64,000 nucleotides of DNA from Somniosus microcephalus. Lineage: Eukaryota. The position numbers and the translations under genes were made by a program. Below are positions 1-11,899 of the stretch, piece by piece (within the stretch, counting starts at the first letter, position 1; each line of letters starts with the position of its first letter). Where the stretch lies: contig CM126203.1 of assembly GCA_052327205.1 (NCBI GenBank), forward strand, positions 314,030,001 through 314,094,000, read 5' to 3'. The notes under the pieces are model-generated. The model was given only the letters and a program-made list of their open reading frames with translations. It did no database searches and was not told the origin of the DNA.

Positions 1-229
1 GGGGATTGACAATAAATGTGCCTTTGCCAGTGTTGTCCACATCCTGAGCTACAGAAAAATCTGTTGCTGTTTAATGTGACTATCAATGAAGCAGAGGTTG
101 GTTATTGTAAAAGCAGAAACATATTTGAATAATTATATTTTTGGAATAAGTTGCTGAGTCAAGTTAGTATACATTCTGGGAAGGAAACCTGCTGTCCTCA
201 CCTGGTCTGGTCTATAGGTGACTCCAGTT

Positions 230-3200
230 CCATACCAATGTGGTTGACTCTTGACTGGCCTCTGAAATGGCCTAGCAAACCACTCGGTTGTATCAAACTG
301 CTACAAAAGAGGATTAGAAGAATAAAACCAGACGGACCACTCGGCTTCAACCTCGGCATCGGATTTGGATACAACGTAGGCATGCCCGGCCCAGTCGACC
401 CTGCAAAGTCCTCCTCGTGAACACCTGGGGACTGGTGTCATAGATGGGAGAGCTGTCCAACAGACTAGTCAAGTAATAGTCCCACCGGTAGAACAAACCC
501 ACCAGAGGTGAGGGCACAATGGTATACATATGGGTGGGAGAGTCCTCAACATTGACTCCGGACCCCATGAAGTCTCATGGCTTCAGGTCAAACGTGGGCA
601 AGGAAACCTCTTGCTGATTACCACATACCGCCCTCCCTCAGCTGATGAATCAGTACTCCTCCATGTTCAGCACCACTTGGAGGAAGCACTGAGGATAGCA
701 GGGGCACAGAATGTACTCTGGGTAGGGGACTTCAATGTCCATCACCAAGAGCCCAGAAGGACATAGTTGGCAGACTAGGCTTGTGGCAGGTGGTGAGAGA
801 ACCAACATGAGGGAATAACATACCTGATTTTGTCCTCACCAGTCTACCTGAGTGGTAGGAGTGAGCACCACACAGTCCTTGTAGAGACCAAGTCCCATCT
901 TCACACTGAGGGCATCCTCCATTATGTCGTATGGCACTGCCACTGTGCTAAATGGGATAGATTCAGAACAGTTCTAGCAGCTCAAAACTGGACATCCATG
1001 AGGCGCTGTGGGCCATCAGCAGCAGCAGAATTGTATTCCACCACAATCTGTTCGCTGATGATTGCACAGTGAGGAATTGTGAATGGAACTGAACAGATAC
1101 TGAAGTAGTCCATACCCGTATGCCACAAGACCTGGACAACGTTCAGGCTTGGGCTGATAAGTGGTAAGTAACATTTACATCACACAACTGCCATCACCAA
1201 ATCCCCCACTATCAACATCCTGGAAGTCACCATTGACCAGCAACTCAACTGGACCAGCCACATAAAAGCTGTGGCTACGAGAGCACCTCACCTCCTGACT
1301 CCCCAAAGTCTCTCCACCACCTACAAGGCACAAGTCAGGAGTGTGATAGAATACTCTCCACTTGCCTCTATGGGTGCTGCTGCAACAACACTCAAGAAAC
1401 TTGACACCAGGACAAAGCAATCTGCTTGATCAGCACCCCATCCACCACCTTAAACATCCACTTTAAGAGAAGGGAGAACCATCGGTGGCTAACTAAGGAA
1501 GTAAAGGATGGTATCAAATTGAAAACAAAGGCATACAATGTTGCTAAGATTAGTGGAAGGCCAGAGGATTGGGAAATTTTTAAAAACCAGCAAAGGACGA
1601 CTTAAAAAATAATAAAGAGAGAAGATGGATTATTAGAGTAAACTAGCAAGAAATATAAAAACAGATAGTAAGCTTCTACAGGTATATAAAAAGGAAGAGA
1701 GTAGCTAAAGTAAACGTTGGTCCCTTAGAGGATGAGACTGGGGAATTAATAATGAACAGGGAAATGGCAGAGACTTTGAACAAATATTTTGTATCAGTCT
1801 TCACGGTAGAAGACACTAAAACCATCCCAATAATACATAATCAAGGGGGCTATAGGGAGGGGGGGAACCTTAAAACAATGAAAAAGTACTTGGTAAAATA
1901 ATGTGACTAAAGGTGGACAAGTCCCCTGGACCTGATGGCCTGCATCCTAGGATCTTAAAAGAAGTGGCTGCAGAGATAGTGGATGCATTGGTTGCAATCT
2001 ACCAAAATTCCTCGGATTCTAGAGAGGTCCCAGTGGATTGGAAAACCGCAAATATAACACCCCTATTTAAGAAGGGAGGGAGATAGAAAGCAGGAAACTA
2101 TAGACCAGTTAGCCTAACAGCTGTTGTTGGGAAAATACTGGAGTCCATCATTAAGGAAGCAGTAGCAGGACATTTAGAAAATCATAATACAGTCAAGCAG
2201 GGTCAGCATGGTTTCATGAAAGGGAAATCATGTTTGACAAATTATCTGGAATTCTTTGAGGATGTAACGAGCAGGGTGGACAAAGGGGAACCAGTAGATG
2301 TAGTGTATTTGGATTTCCAGAAGGCATTCGATAAGGTGCCACATAAAAGGTTACTGCACAAGGTAAGAGCTCACGGGGTTGGGGGTAATATATTAGCATG
2401 GATGGTTAGAGGATTGGCTAACTAACAGAAAACAGAGAGTCGGGATAAATGGGTCATTTTCCAGTTGGCAAACGGTAACTAATGGGGTGCCACAGGGATC
2501 AGTGCTGGGGCCTCAACTATTTACAATCTATATTAATGACTTGGATGAAGGGATCGAGTGTAATGGAGCCAAATTTGCTGCTGATACAAAGATAGGTGGG
2601 AAAGCAAGTTGTGAAGAAGACACAAAGAATCTGCAAAGGGAAATAGACTAAGTGAGTGGGCAAACATTTGACAGATGGAGTATAATGTGGGAAAGTGTGA
2701 GGTTATCCACTTTGGTAAGAAAAATAATAAAGCAAATTATTATTTAAATGGAGAGAGATTACAAAATGCTGCAGTACAGAGGGATCTGGGGGTCCTTTTG
2801 CATGAAACACAAAAAGTTAGCATGCAGATACAGCAAGTAATCAGGAAAGCAAATTGAATGTTGGCCTTTATTGCAAGGGGGATGGAGTATAAAAGTAGGA
2901 AAGTCTTGCTCCAACTGTACAGGGCATTGGTGAGACCACACCTGGAGTACTGCACACAATTTTGGTCTCCTTATTTAAGGAAGAATATACTTGCATTGGA
3001 GGCAGTTCAGAGAAGGTTCACGAGGTTGATTCCTGAGATGAAGGGGTTGTCTTATGAAGAAAGGTTGAGCAGGTTGGGCCAATACTCATTGGAGTTTAGA
3101 AGAATGAGAGGGGATCTTACTGAAACATATAAGATACTGAGGGGGCTCGACAAGGTAGATACAGAGAAGATGTTTCCGCTCATGGGGGAATCTAGAACTC

Positions 3201-3850
3201 GGGGGCATAGTTTCAGGATAAGAGGTCGCCCATTTAAAACTGAGATGAGGAGGAATTTCTTCTCTGACGGTCGTAAATCTGTGGAATTCTCTGCCCCAAA
3301 GAGTTGTGGAGGCTGGATCATTGAATATACTTAACGTAGAGATAGACAGATTTTTGAACAATAAGGGAGTGAAGGGATATGGGGATAGTGCAGGGAAATG
3401 GAGCTGAGCCCAAGATTAGATCAGCCATGATCTCATTAAATGCTCCTATTTCTTATGTTCTTATGTTCTCCCTCCACCACACCGTGGCTATAATGTCTGC
3501 TATCCACAGATGCACTGCAGCAACTCACCAAGTCTTCGATAGCACCCCCCAAATCCATGACCACGACGACCACCGAGAAGGACAAGGGCAGCAGGTGCAT
3601 GGAAACGCCATCACTTCCAAGTTCCACTCTAACTTACCCACCATCCTGACTTGGACGTATATCGCCGAATCTTCATCATCACTGGGTCAAAATCCTGGAA
3701 CGCCCTCCCTAACAGCATTGTGGGAGTCTCTTCACCGCACGGACTGCCGCAGTTCAAGAAGAAAGCTCATCGCCACCTTTGCAAGGGCCACTAGGGATGG
3801 GCAATAAATGTTGGCCTTGCTAGCAATATCCATATCCCACTAATTCATTT
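230..3850 (+). mobile_element. Internally deleted CR1-group LINE ('family B'), split by a CR1 insertion at 1463-3467
   Basis: APE endonuclease motifs (YRPPS, VGDFNVHH; ORF 530-766) and RT C-terminal remnant 1060-1462. Resumes at 3468 (ctccctccaccac) and ends in the family tail gggatgggcaataaatg. Boundaries approximate. Confidence 0.75.
1463..3467 (+). mobile_element. CR1 LINE, 5'-truncated, degenerate ORF2
   Basis: KGKSCLTN, YLDFQKAFDKVPH and LVRPHLEYC motifs; (tcttatgt)n tail. Confidence 0.92.
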
Positions 3851-4319
3851 TTAAAAAAGTTAAACATGAATTTCTTTCATATTTTAAAGAGTAATGCGCA
3901 GTAATTGCTTCACCCACTGGAGGGAGCCTGTGAGCTATTCTGCCATTAAATTCTGTCACTAGAACTAATGGATGGCTCTTTGGAAATTACCTGCTTAAGT
4001 GACTGAGAGACTGCATTCTAACTTCTATTGGAATTCCCATATTCTGTGGTCACATACAGATACAAGAAGGAATTCCTGTGAGCTTCCATTTCTGTGGTAA
4101 TTCCAGGTAGTGATGGAATGACTCATCCCTCTGGTAAGGGAACCCAGAACACAGAGACATAAACCTTAACATTAGAACCAAGTGGATTAAAAGCGAATTT
4201 TTAAAAAATGCCTTCACATAAAAGGTTCTGAGAGTGTGGAATATACTGTAGCAGAAGGCCAAAGTTGCAGACTCAATTTGAGGTGGTTTAAAGGGGAGAT
4301 AATGCCCTTACAACACTGA

Positions 4320-4990
4320 TATCTTGCATTTATATATCACCTGGAACATAGAAAAAGATTCTAGGCACTTCAGAGATGTGGTAAAGATGTAACTCAAGCC
4401 AAAAAAAATGAAAATTTAGATGGGGTAACCAAAGGCTTTATGAGAGTTTAAGGAGGAAAGGGAGGTAGAGAGGGCGTTTAGAGCATGGGGCCTATATGTG
4501 GCTAATGGCATGTTTACCAATGGTGAGGTGAGGGGGAGGAGATGCACAAGAAGCTCGAGCCAAAGGAACAGAGCATTGAGGGCTGGGCTAAAGGTAGTTA
4601 TGGCGATTGAGAGGAGCGAGGCGATGGAGGGATTAGACCCGGGACCAGTAGGTTTTCCAGGTTGGGGATGATAGTCAAATGGGACTTTGTGCAGAACAGG
4701 ATACGAGCACCATAGTTTTGGATAGTCCAGAGTTTGTGGAGGGTGGTTAGACAGCAAGATGAGCGTTGGAGTAATTGAATCTCTAGGTGACTAAGGCATG
4801 TATGATAGTTTCAGCATTGGATGGTCTTAAGGTAAGGTGGAGACGGGCAATGTTGTGGAAGTAGGGGTCTTTGTGATGGGGATATTAGGTCAGAAACTGA
4901 ACTCATGGTCACACAGGATGCTGAGGCTGCAAATAGTCTGGTTCAGTCTGAGAAGGAGGTTGGCAAAGGGGATGGAATGCAGAGGGTATG
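4320..4990 (-). mobile_element. Old L2 LINE 3' fragment
   Basis: Resembles the reverse L2 at 27547-28110 (ttgcatttatat tail, ggtaaccaaaggctt, gagggaggtagagagg). Degenerate; boundaries approximate. Confidence 0.55.
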
Positions 4991-6121
4991 GCTGAGGTGG
5001 TAAATGAGTACTTTGCATCTGTCTTCACCAAGGAAGAAGATGCTGCCATAGATATACTGAAGGAGGAGGTAGAGTAGATACTGGATTGGATAAAAATTGA
5101 TTAAGAGGAGTTACGAGAAAGGCTGGCTGTACTTTAAAGTAGATCAGTCACCAGGACCAGATGGGATGCATCCTAGGATGCTGAGGGAAGTGAAGGAAGA
5201 AATCGCAGAGGTACTGGCCATAATCTTCCAATCCTCCTTAGAAATGGTGCCAGAGGACTGGAGAATTGCAAATGTTACAGCCTTGTTCAAAATAGGGTGT
5301 AAAGATAAATCCCAGCAACTATAAGCCAGTCAGTTTAACCTTGGTAGTGAGGAAGCTTTTAGAAACAATAATCAGGGACAAAATTAACAGTCACTTGGAC
5401 AAGTGTGGATTAATTAAGGAAAGCCAGCACGGATTTGTTAAAGGCAAATCGTGTTTAACCAACTTGATTGAGTTTTTTGATGAGGTAACAGAGAGGGTTG
5501 ATGAGGGCAATGTGGTTGATGTGGTGTACATGGATTTCCAAAAGGCATTTGACAAAAGTGCCACACAATAGGCTTACAAGCAAAGTTGAAGCCCATGGAG
5601 GAACAGTGGCAGCATAGATACGAAATTGGCTAAGTGACAGGAAACAGAGTAGTGGTGAACAGTTGTTTTTCGAACTGGAGGAACGTATTCAGTGGTGTTC
5701 CCCAGGGATTGGTTCTAGGACCACTGCTTTTCTTAATATATATTAATGACTTGGATGTGGGTGTACATGGCACAATTTCAAAATTTGCAGATGATACAAA
5801 ACTTGGAAGTATAGTGAACAGTGAGGAGGACAGTGATATACTTCAAGAGAACATAGACAGGCTGTTGGAATGGACGGACATGTGGCAGATGAAATTTAAC
5901 GCAGAAAAGTGCGAAGTGATACATTTTGGTAGAAAGAATGAGGAGAGGAAATATAAACTAAAGGGTACAATCCTAAAGGAGCTGCATGAACAGAAACCTA
6001 GGGGTATATGTGCACAAATCATTGAAGGTGATATGTGCACAAATCATTGAAGGTGGCAGGGCAGGTTGAGAAAGGAGTTAAAAAAGCTTACAGGATCCTG
6101 GGCTTCATGAATAGAGGTATA

Positions 6122-8576
6122 GGGCTGGATTTTGATACTGAGGCAGGCTAAGGTTGTGTAATCCGCATTTCGTGTTAGCCACCCAATTCTAAATCGATGT
6201 GGGAGAATGATGTGATTTTAACTTAATTGCCCAATTGAGTTCCAACGTGTGGGAACCCATGGCCAATGAGTTTTTCCAGTCTGAAAGTCACCTCCGATGA
6301 CATCATCATTGCTGCTGCATTTAAGGTCTGCAACAAGCCTTGCTTCCTCTGCAGACTGCCAACCTTTTGGCCTTTGCAGTGAGAGGCACCTGTAGGAAGA
6401 ATGGCCAGCCAGAGACCTAGGTCTGCACCCCGCTTCGATGACGTTGCCCTGCAGGCTTTAGTGGAGGGAGCAAGAGCAAATAAAGAGGTGCTCCTCCCTT
6501 CTTCAGGGAGGAAGAAGCCTCCCCAGCAGACCAAGGCTGTGTGGATCCAGGTGGCCCAGGAGGTGAACTCATTGTCAGTAACCCGTAGAACCTGGCTTCA
6601 GTGCAGGAAGAGATTTCACGACCTGCGCACTGGAAAAGTGAGTATGAATTTCCCATCACCCTCAATCTGATCCCCATTGCCTCTCCTCACCAGCACTCAG
6701 CTTTCACAATCTCTTCCTCCACATCCCACTTGACACTGACATCCATGCACCCTCACCCATTCCCTCTCTCTCTATGGTCACATTCACCTAACTATTCGAC
6801 TATGCAGCCCTCACATTCCCTATCACTGTGATGCTATGAAAACATCTGCCAACACGCAGGGTTGGTCTTGCCACCTCACTCCATCTTTGTCTCCTTCTAA
6901 GTATCTATGCTATGGATTCTCTACACTCACACCTTCATTCTCACTCAACCTCCACTTGTCTCCCTCATTGCAGGAAAAGAGAGCTCACAATAAGAGAGAA
7001 AGAGCGAGGACAGGAGGAGGGCCACCATCAGTAGCCCACCTCACCCCCTGGGAGGAGGCGGTCCTGGAGATTGTGGGAGTGGAGGACGATGCGCAAGTGG
7101 GGGACGGACAGACGGGTGCATCACAGCAAGCTGGTGACAGAATAGTTTATCATCTCTCTCATGGACATTGCATGAGTCACTGATAATGATTCTGAAGCTC
7201 TAACAGATGGACTTATGATCATCTGCAATATGCAATGTGCATGTAACCTTGGCATCACATCTCTGACTCTTTCCTTTGCTCCCCCACAGGACCATCGCAA
7301 CCACCCGTCCCCACTAGCCAGGAGGAAGAGCCTGAGCATCCAGACTCCTCAGAGGAAGCTGCAATCTCTGAGGGCGCAGCGTCAGCAGAATTGAGCGCAC
7401 CCAGCACCAGCGCAGACACTCACCATGTTTTCCATACCCTGGCGACTAACCTCCTCCATGATAGAGTAGTGTTGTCACCTGGTGTATCACAGCTCACAAG
7501 TGAGCATCAGCAGATTGTGGAGACAGGGACAGCAGTGGAGAATCCTAGTCGGAGGGCGCAGGTCTCTGCCAGCTCGGCGCAGCTGCATGTCGACCCTCAG
7601 CCTCTGGGCCCATCCATAAGATCAGCAGTGCTGGAACTCCAGGAACAGATGCAGGAGTCTCTGGTAGGTTTTGTCTCCAGGGTCACTGCAAGTGTGGAGT
7701 GAATGGAGGAGTCCATTGCAAACATGAGCAGAGCCTTTGTGGAGTCGTTGGCGCATGAACGCATCAACACAGAAAGGATGGCTACCTACGTGGAAATGAT
7801 TGCTGCCTCCGTGGTAAGGATGGCTACGGTAGAGGAGAGGATGGCTACGGTAGAGGGAGAGGAGGGCTATGGCCATGGAGGAGGTTAGTCGCCAGGGTAT
7901 GGAAAACATGGTGAGTGTTCAGAATAGAATGACATCTCTTGAGGAGCGATGGGCATCTATTGAACAGAGAAACCAGACCTTCATGGAAGTCCTTCTGAGT
8001 AGGACTGCCATTGCAGATACGGGTCCCCATGGCCCCCCTGACGTGCAGCAAGGTGCTCTCAAGCCACTTGCAGGCACTGAGAGGGACCTTACCCATGAGA
8101 GGGAGGTTGGTGGCAGACCTCAAGGAAGTGAGGGCTCCTCTCCAAGCACTCACACTTCCATGCCACTGCAGAGCCCAGCCGGAGTCCACACCCAACTGAG
8201 ATAGACGTCTCAACTCCTGCACAGCCGCAGGAGCAGCAGACTGCTGACGAGCCCTCACAGGCTCGCCACCCCAGAGGACGCCCGCCAAAGGTGTCGAGAC
8301 AGGAGCAGCAGGAAAGTGAGCAAGGGGCCTCCACATCTGCTGAAGCCACAGGGGAACCACTACGTAGGAGCACACGTAAGAGGAAAATAAAGCACAAATA
8401 GTCACAAGGGTAGTCATGTGGGTGAAATGTGTATTTTGTAAAAATGCCATCAGTTGTTTGTTTTGCATAAAAATTCTGATGGCAACTGCTGCAGTTCTGG
8501 CGTGTGTCATTTCGCGAATGGGGCTTTCACATTGAGGGCTTAGGATTACTTGCAGTTGTCAGGATGCTGGTCAAAT
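6122..8576 (+). mobile_element. PIF/Harbinger element copy 1 (left TIR plus Myb gene; right end missing)
   Basis: Starts GGGCTGGATTTTG, identical to the left TIR of the TSD-bounded copy at 36461. Colinear with that copy from about 6220 up to about 8576. Confidence 0.85.
6401..7702 (+). CDS. Spliced Harbinger Myb/SANT-like DNA-binding protein: exons 6401-6637, 6974-7133, 7290-7702 (269 aa); degenerate extension to about 8400
   Basis: APRF...LQALVE...W..VAQEVN...RTWLQCRKRFHDL followed by TGGGPP...LTPWEE, typical of the Myb_DNA-bind_5/MSANTD type. GT-AG sites are conserved in all three copies and the frame is open across the junctions (810 nt). Confidence 0.75.
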
Positions 8577-9951
8577 AGCTCGGTGAGCTGTGATACACCA
8601 GGTGACAACTCTATGTCCCGAAGGTCCCACCGAGGTGTGAGTGTCTGCGCTGGTGCTGGGTGCGCTTATTTTTGCTGTCTGCTGATGCTGCGCCCTCAGA
8701 GGTTGCAGATTCCTCTGAGAAGTCTGGCATCTTAGGCTCTTCCTCCTGCACACTGGGGACGGGGGCTCTCGATGGTCCTGTGGGGGTGTCAAGGAAAAAG
8801 TTAGAGATGTGATGCCAAGGTTACATGCACATTGCATTTTGCAGATGATCATAAGTCCATATGATGTAGCTTCAGAATCATTATCAGCGACTCGTGCAAT
8901 GCCAATTAGAGAGATGGAAAACTATTCTGTCACCAGCTTGCGGGGATGCACCTGTCTGTCCTTCCTCAACTTCCGCATCTCTGTCAGCCCCGACAATCTC
9001 CAGGACGGCTTCCTCCCAGGGGGTGAGCTGGGCTCATGAGGGTGGCCCTCCTCCTGTCCTCGCTCGCTCTCTCCTGTTGTGAGCTCTCTTTTCCTGCAAT
9101 GAGCGAGACAAGTGGAGGTTGAGTGAGAATGAAGGGGTGAGTGTAGAGATTGCATAGCATAGATACTTAGAAGGAGACAAAGATGGAGTGAGGTTGCAAG
9201 ACCAAGGGCCCTCCCTGTGTGTTGTCAGTTGTGTTCAAAGCATCAGAGTGAGAGGGAGTGTGAGGGCTGCATGGTCGAATAGTTAGGTGAATGTGAGCAT
9301 AGAGAGAGAGGGAATGGCTAAGGGTGCATGGATGTGAGTGTCAAGTGGGATGTGGAGGAAGAGATTGCTAAAGCTGAGTGCTGGTGAGGAAAGGCAATGG
9401 GGATCAGATTGAGGGTGATGGAAACTTCATACTTTTCCAGTGCGATGAAGGTCATGGAATCTTTTCCTGCACTGCATCCAGGTGCGCCGTGTGAGCCCCA
9501 AGGAGTTAACTTCCCCAGCCACCTGTAGCCACACAGCCTTGGTCTGACTGGGAGGCCTCTTCCTCCCTGAAGAAGGGAACAGGACCTCCCTGTGGGCCCT
9601 AGCACCATCCAGCAATGTCTGGAGTGAAGCCTCATCAAATTTTGGGGCAGCTCTTGCCCTCCCACTGGCCATTGCTCCTGCAGGCTCCCTTGCCATCTTA
9701 ATGGTAAAGTTTGGAAGCCTGCAGAAGATGCAAGGCTTGCTGTGGACCTTAAAAGCAGCAGCAATGATGACGTCATATTCTGCGACTTTCTGACTGGAAA
9801 TACTCAATTGCCAAGGGTTCCCACACGTTGGAAATCAATTGGCCAATTGAGTTAAAATTGCATCAATCTCACAGACCCATTTAGATTCGTGTGGGAAACA
9901 CTAAATTCGGGGAATCCGACAATTCCCTGCACCTGAGTTAATATTGACCCC
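8577..9951 (-). mobile_element. PIF/Harbinger element copy 2 (inverted, 3'-truncated; Myb exons 9672-9433, 9093-8934, 8777-8577)
   Basis: Reverse-complement homologous to copy 1 from its terminus. ORF 9427-9807 MASGRARAAPKFDE...CRKRFHDLHRTGK. In-frame TGA in exon 2. Confidence 0.85.
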
Positions 9952-11899
9952 AAGGTGATTGGCAAAAGAACCAAAGGCGACATAAGAAAAAACTTTTTTA
10001 CGCAGTGAGTGGTTAGGATCTGGAATGCACTGCCTGAAGGGGCGGAAGAGGCAGATTCAATCACGACTTTCAAAAGGGAGTTGGAAAAGTACCTGAAGAG
10101 AAAAAATTGCAGGGCTACGGGGAAAGGGCGGGGGAGTGAGACTAGCTGAAGTGCTCTTGCAGAGAGTCGGCACGGGCTCGACAGGCCGAATGGCCGCCTT
10201 CCGTGCTGTAACCATTCTATGATTCTATGAATCGGCGGCAAGCCTATGGCGTCAGTAGCGAGGGCAGAAGATGATGGTTTTGGTTTTCCCTGTGTTTAGC
10301 TGGAGGATGTTTAGACTCGTCTCCATAGGCCGAATGGTCTATTCCTGTTCCTATGTTCCACCAAAGTGCTGCAGTGGCTGTGTTTGTTAGGTGTATTTTC
10401 CTTGAAAATTGGAGAATCTCAGTGGTCATTTTCATTACTTGCAGTGGTCAGGCCTGAGACATAATTTGGAGAGTTGGACTGAGAATAAAAGAGGAGGAAA
10501 AGGAAATGGACTAAAAAAATGTGCAAAAATCAATAGATGCAACAAAAAATATTGAGGATAACAACTAAAATGCAGAGGAAATTGGGCAAAAGAATGACAT
10601 GGCAGTATGAAGAAGGAAAGATTGAAGAGAAGCAGGAACAGCAGTAAAATGAGAAAAACGGTTGATTATAAATATTTGGAACAATTCAAAAAGTGTTTAA
10701 AGCAATAAAAAGAAAGACAGCTGGAAATGAACAGTACATCAGTGAGTTTCTGGAAGAGAAAGATGGGTTCATGTTTGATGGGACACTTCACCAGAACCGT
10801 GGAAATGGATGTAATTCTTTTGGAAACAATTAAGCAGTTTTTCTTGGGTTGTTTCTACTTGTGTATAAACACAGGGAAAAGCAACTGGAAAATGCAGAGG
10901 GAACAGCACGTGTACAAGAAAGGTCCAAACAAGATATGGAACTAAGATTTATGTTGGCTGTGGGTGCTCCGCTGTGAAGAGACTTTAACCAACTTTTTAA
11001 ATACTCCCCTGAATGAACCTATTTTTGTGAACTATTTACAGAACCTCTGTACATCTAATTTTGGAAGAGTACTTTCTGTTCAAAGTATTTCCCCAATGTC
11101 CATCTGATTGTAATTAACATTAGTTGAAACAATTTTGTTTTTGTTGCTTCACAGCAACCTGTCATTATGGATCTTGTTGGTTCATAGTCTCTGAAGTCCA
11201 CTTGGGTCTCCAGTGATGCCAGCATGCATTCCAGAGCGACGCCATTGATTTCAGTGAAGCCACTGCTTTGGACCAGTCTATTGCTGATCTGGGGCCACTC
11301 AGTGCTGGAAACCTCTTTACCATCTGAGCATGCAGTAGTACCCAGCTGACAATATTTTTTTTCCCTGGGTTTGGGTGGCTCCAGATTGGCTCTCAGGCAA
11401 GTCTGAAATGCCATTTCTCCCATTAAAATGAATAAAGGAAAATAAATTGTCCTGCACAGACTGACAAATAGAAATGCATCACATTCTTGTGATCTTGCTA
11501 AGAAACCTTTAAAAGCTCCCCAACCCACAAGTTACAGTTCTTCACTGTGATAATGTATATATTTCCCGCCACATGAGAAAACAAGTGATAATTTGACTCT
11601 TTCTGCTGGTGCGAAAGACCTCAGGTGACCCGTTGCAGGAATGTGAGGGGGCACTTACTCTGTCTTCTGAAATAAAATGCACATCCATCGTGTGCATGTG
11701 TAATGCACCTGGATATATTCATATTGGCACAGATTTCGAGTGCACCTGGATATCATCATACATAGGAAATTACTTTCTTCAAAGTCTCTAATTTAATTTA
11801 ACAGATCCACGTGTAACTTTTTTGGCTTAGTGTTAAGTTTCTGAGGATAGAACCTACAGAACAGCAACTGAATTCATCAAAGGAAATTCTAACGTAAAT

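Larger units (their letters stand above)
5000..10232 (+). mobile_element. CR1 LINE interrupted by the Harbinger pair (CR1 parts about 5000-6121 and 9952-10232)
   Basis: RT motifs in ORFs 5097-6050 (GVPQG, FADD). The 3' end resumes at 9952 (aaggtgattggcaaaag) and ends in an (attctatg)n tail. Confidence 0.85.

Noticed and set aside
6006-6055. Perfect 25-bp tandem duplication (atatgtgcacaaatcattgaaggtg twice)
   Set aside because: Real, but an ordinary slippage or repair duplication in a dead CR1.
10480-10950. Purine-rich stretch resembling a decayed LINE ORF
   Set aside because: Too degenerate to assign without a profile search.
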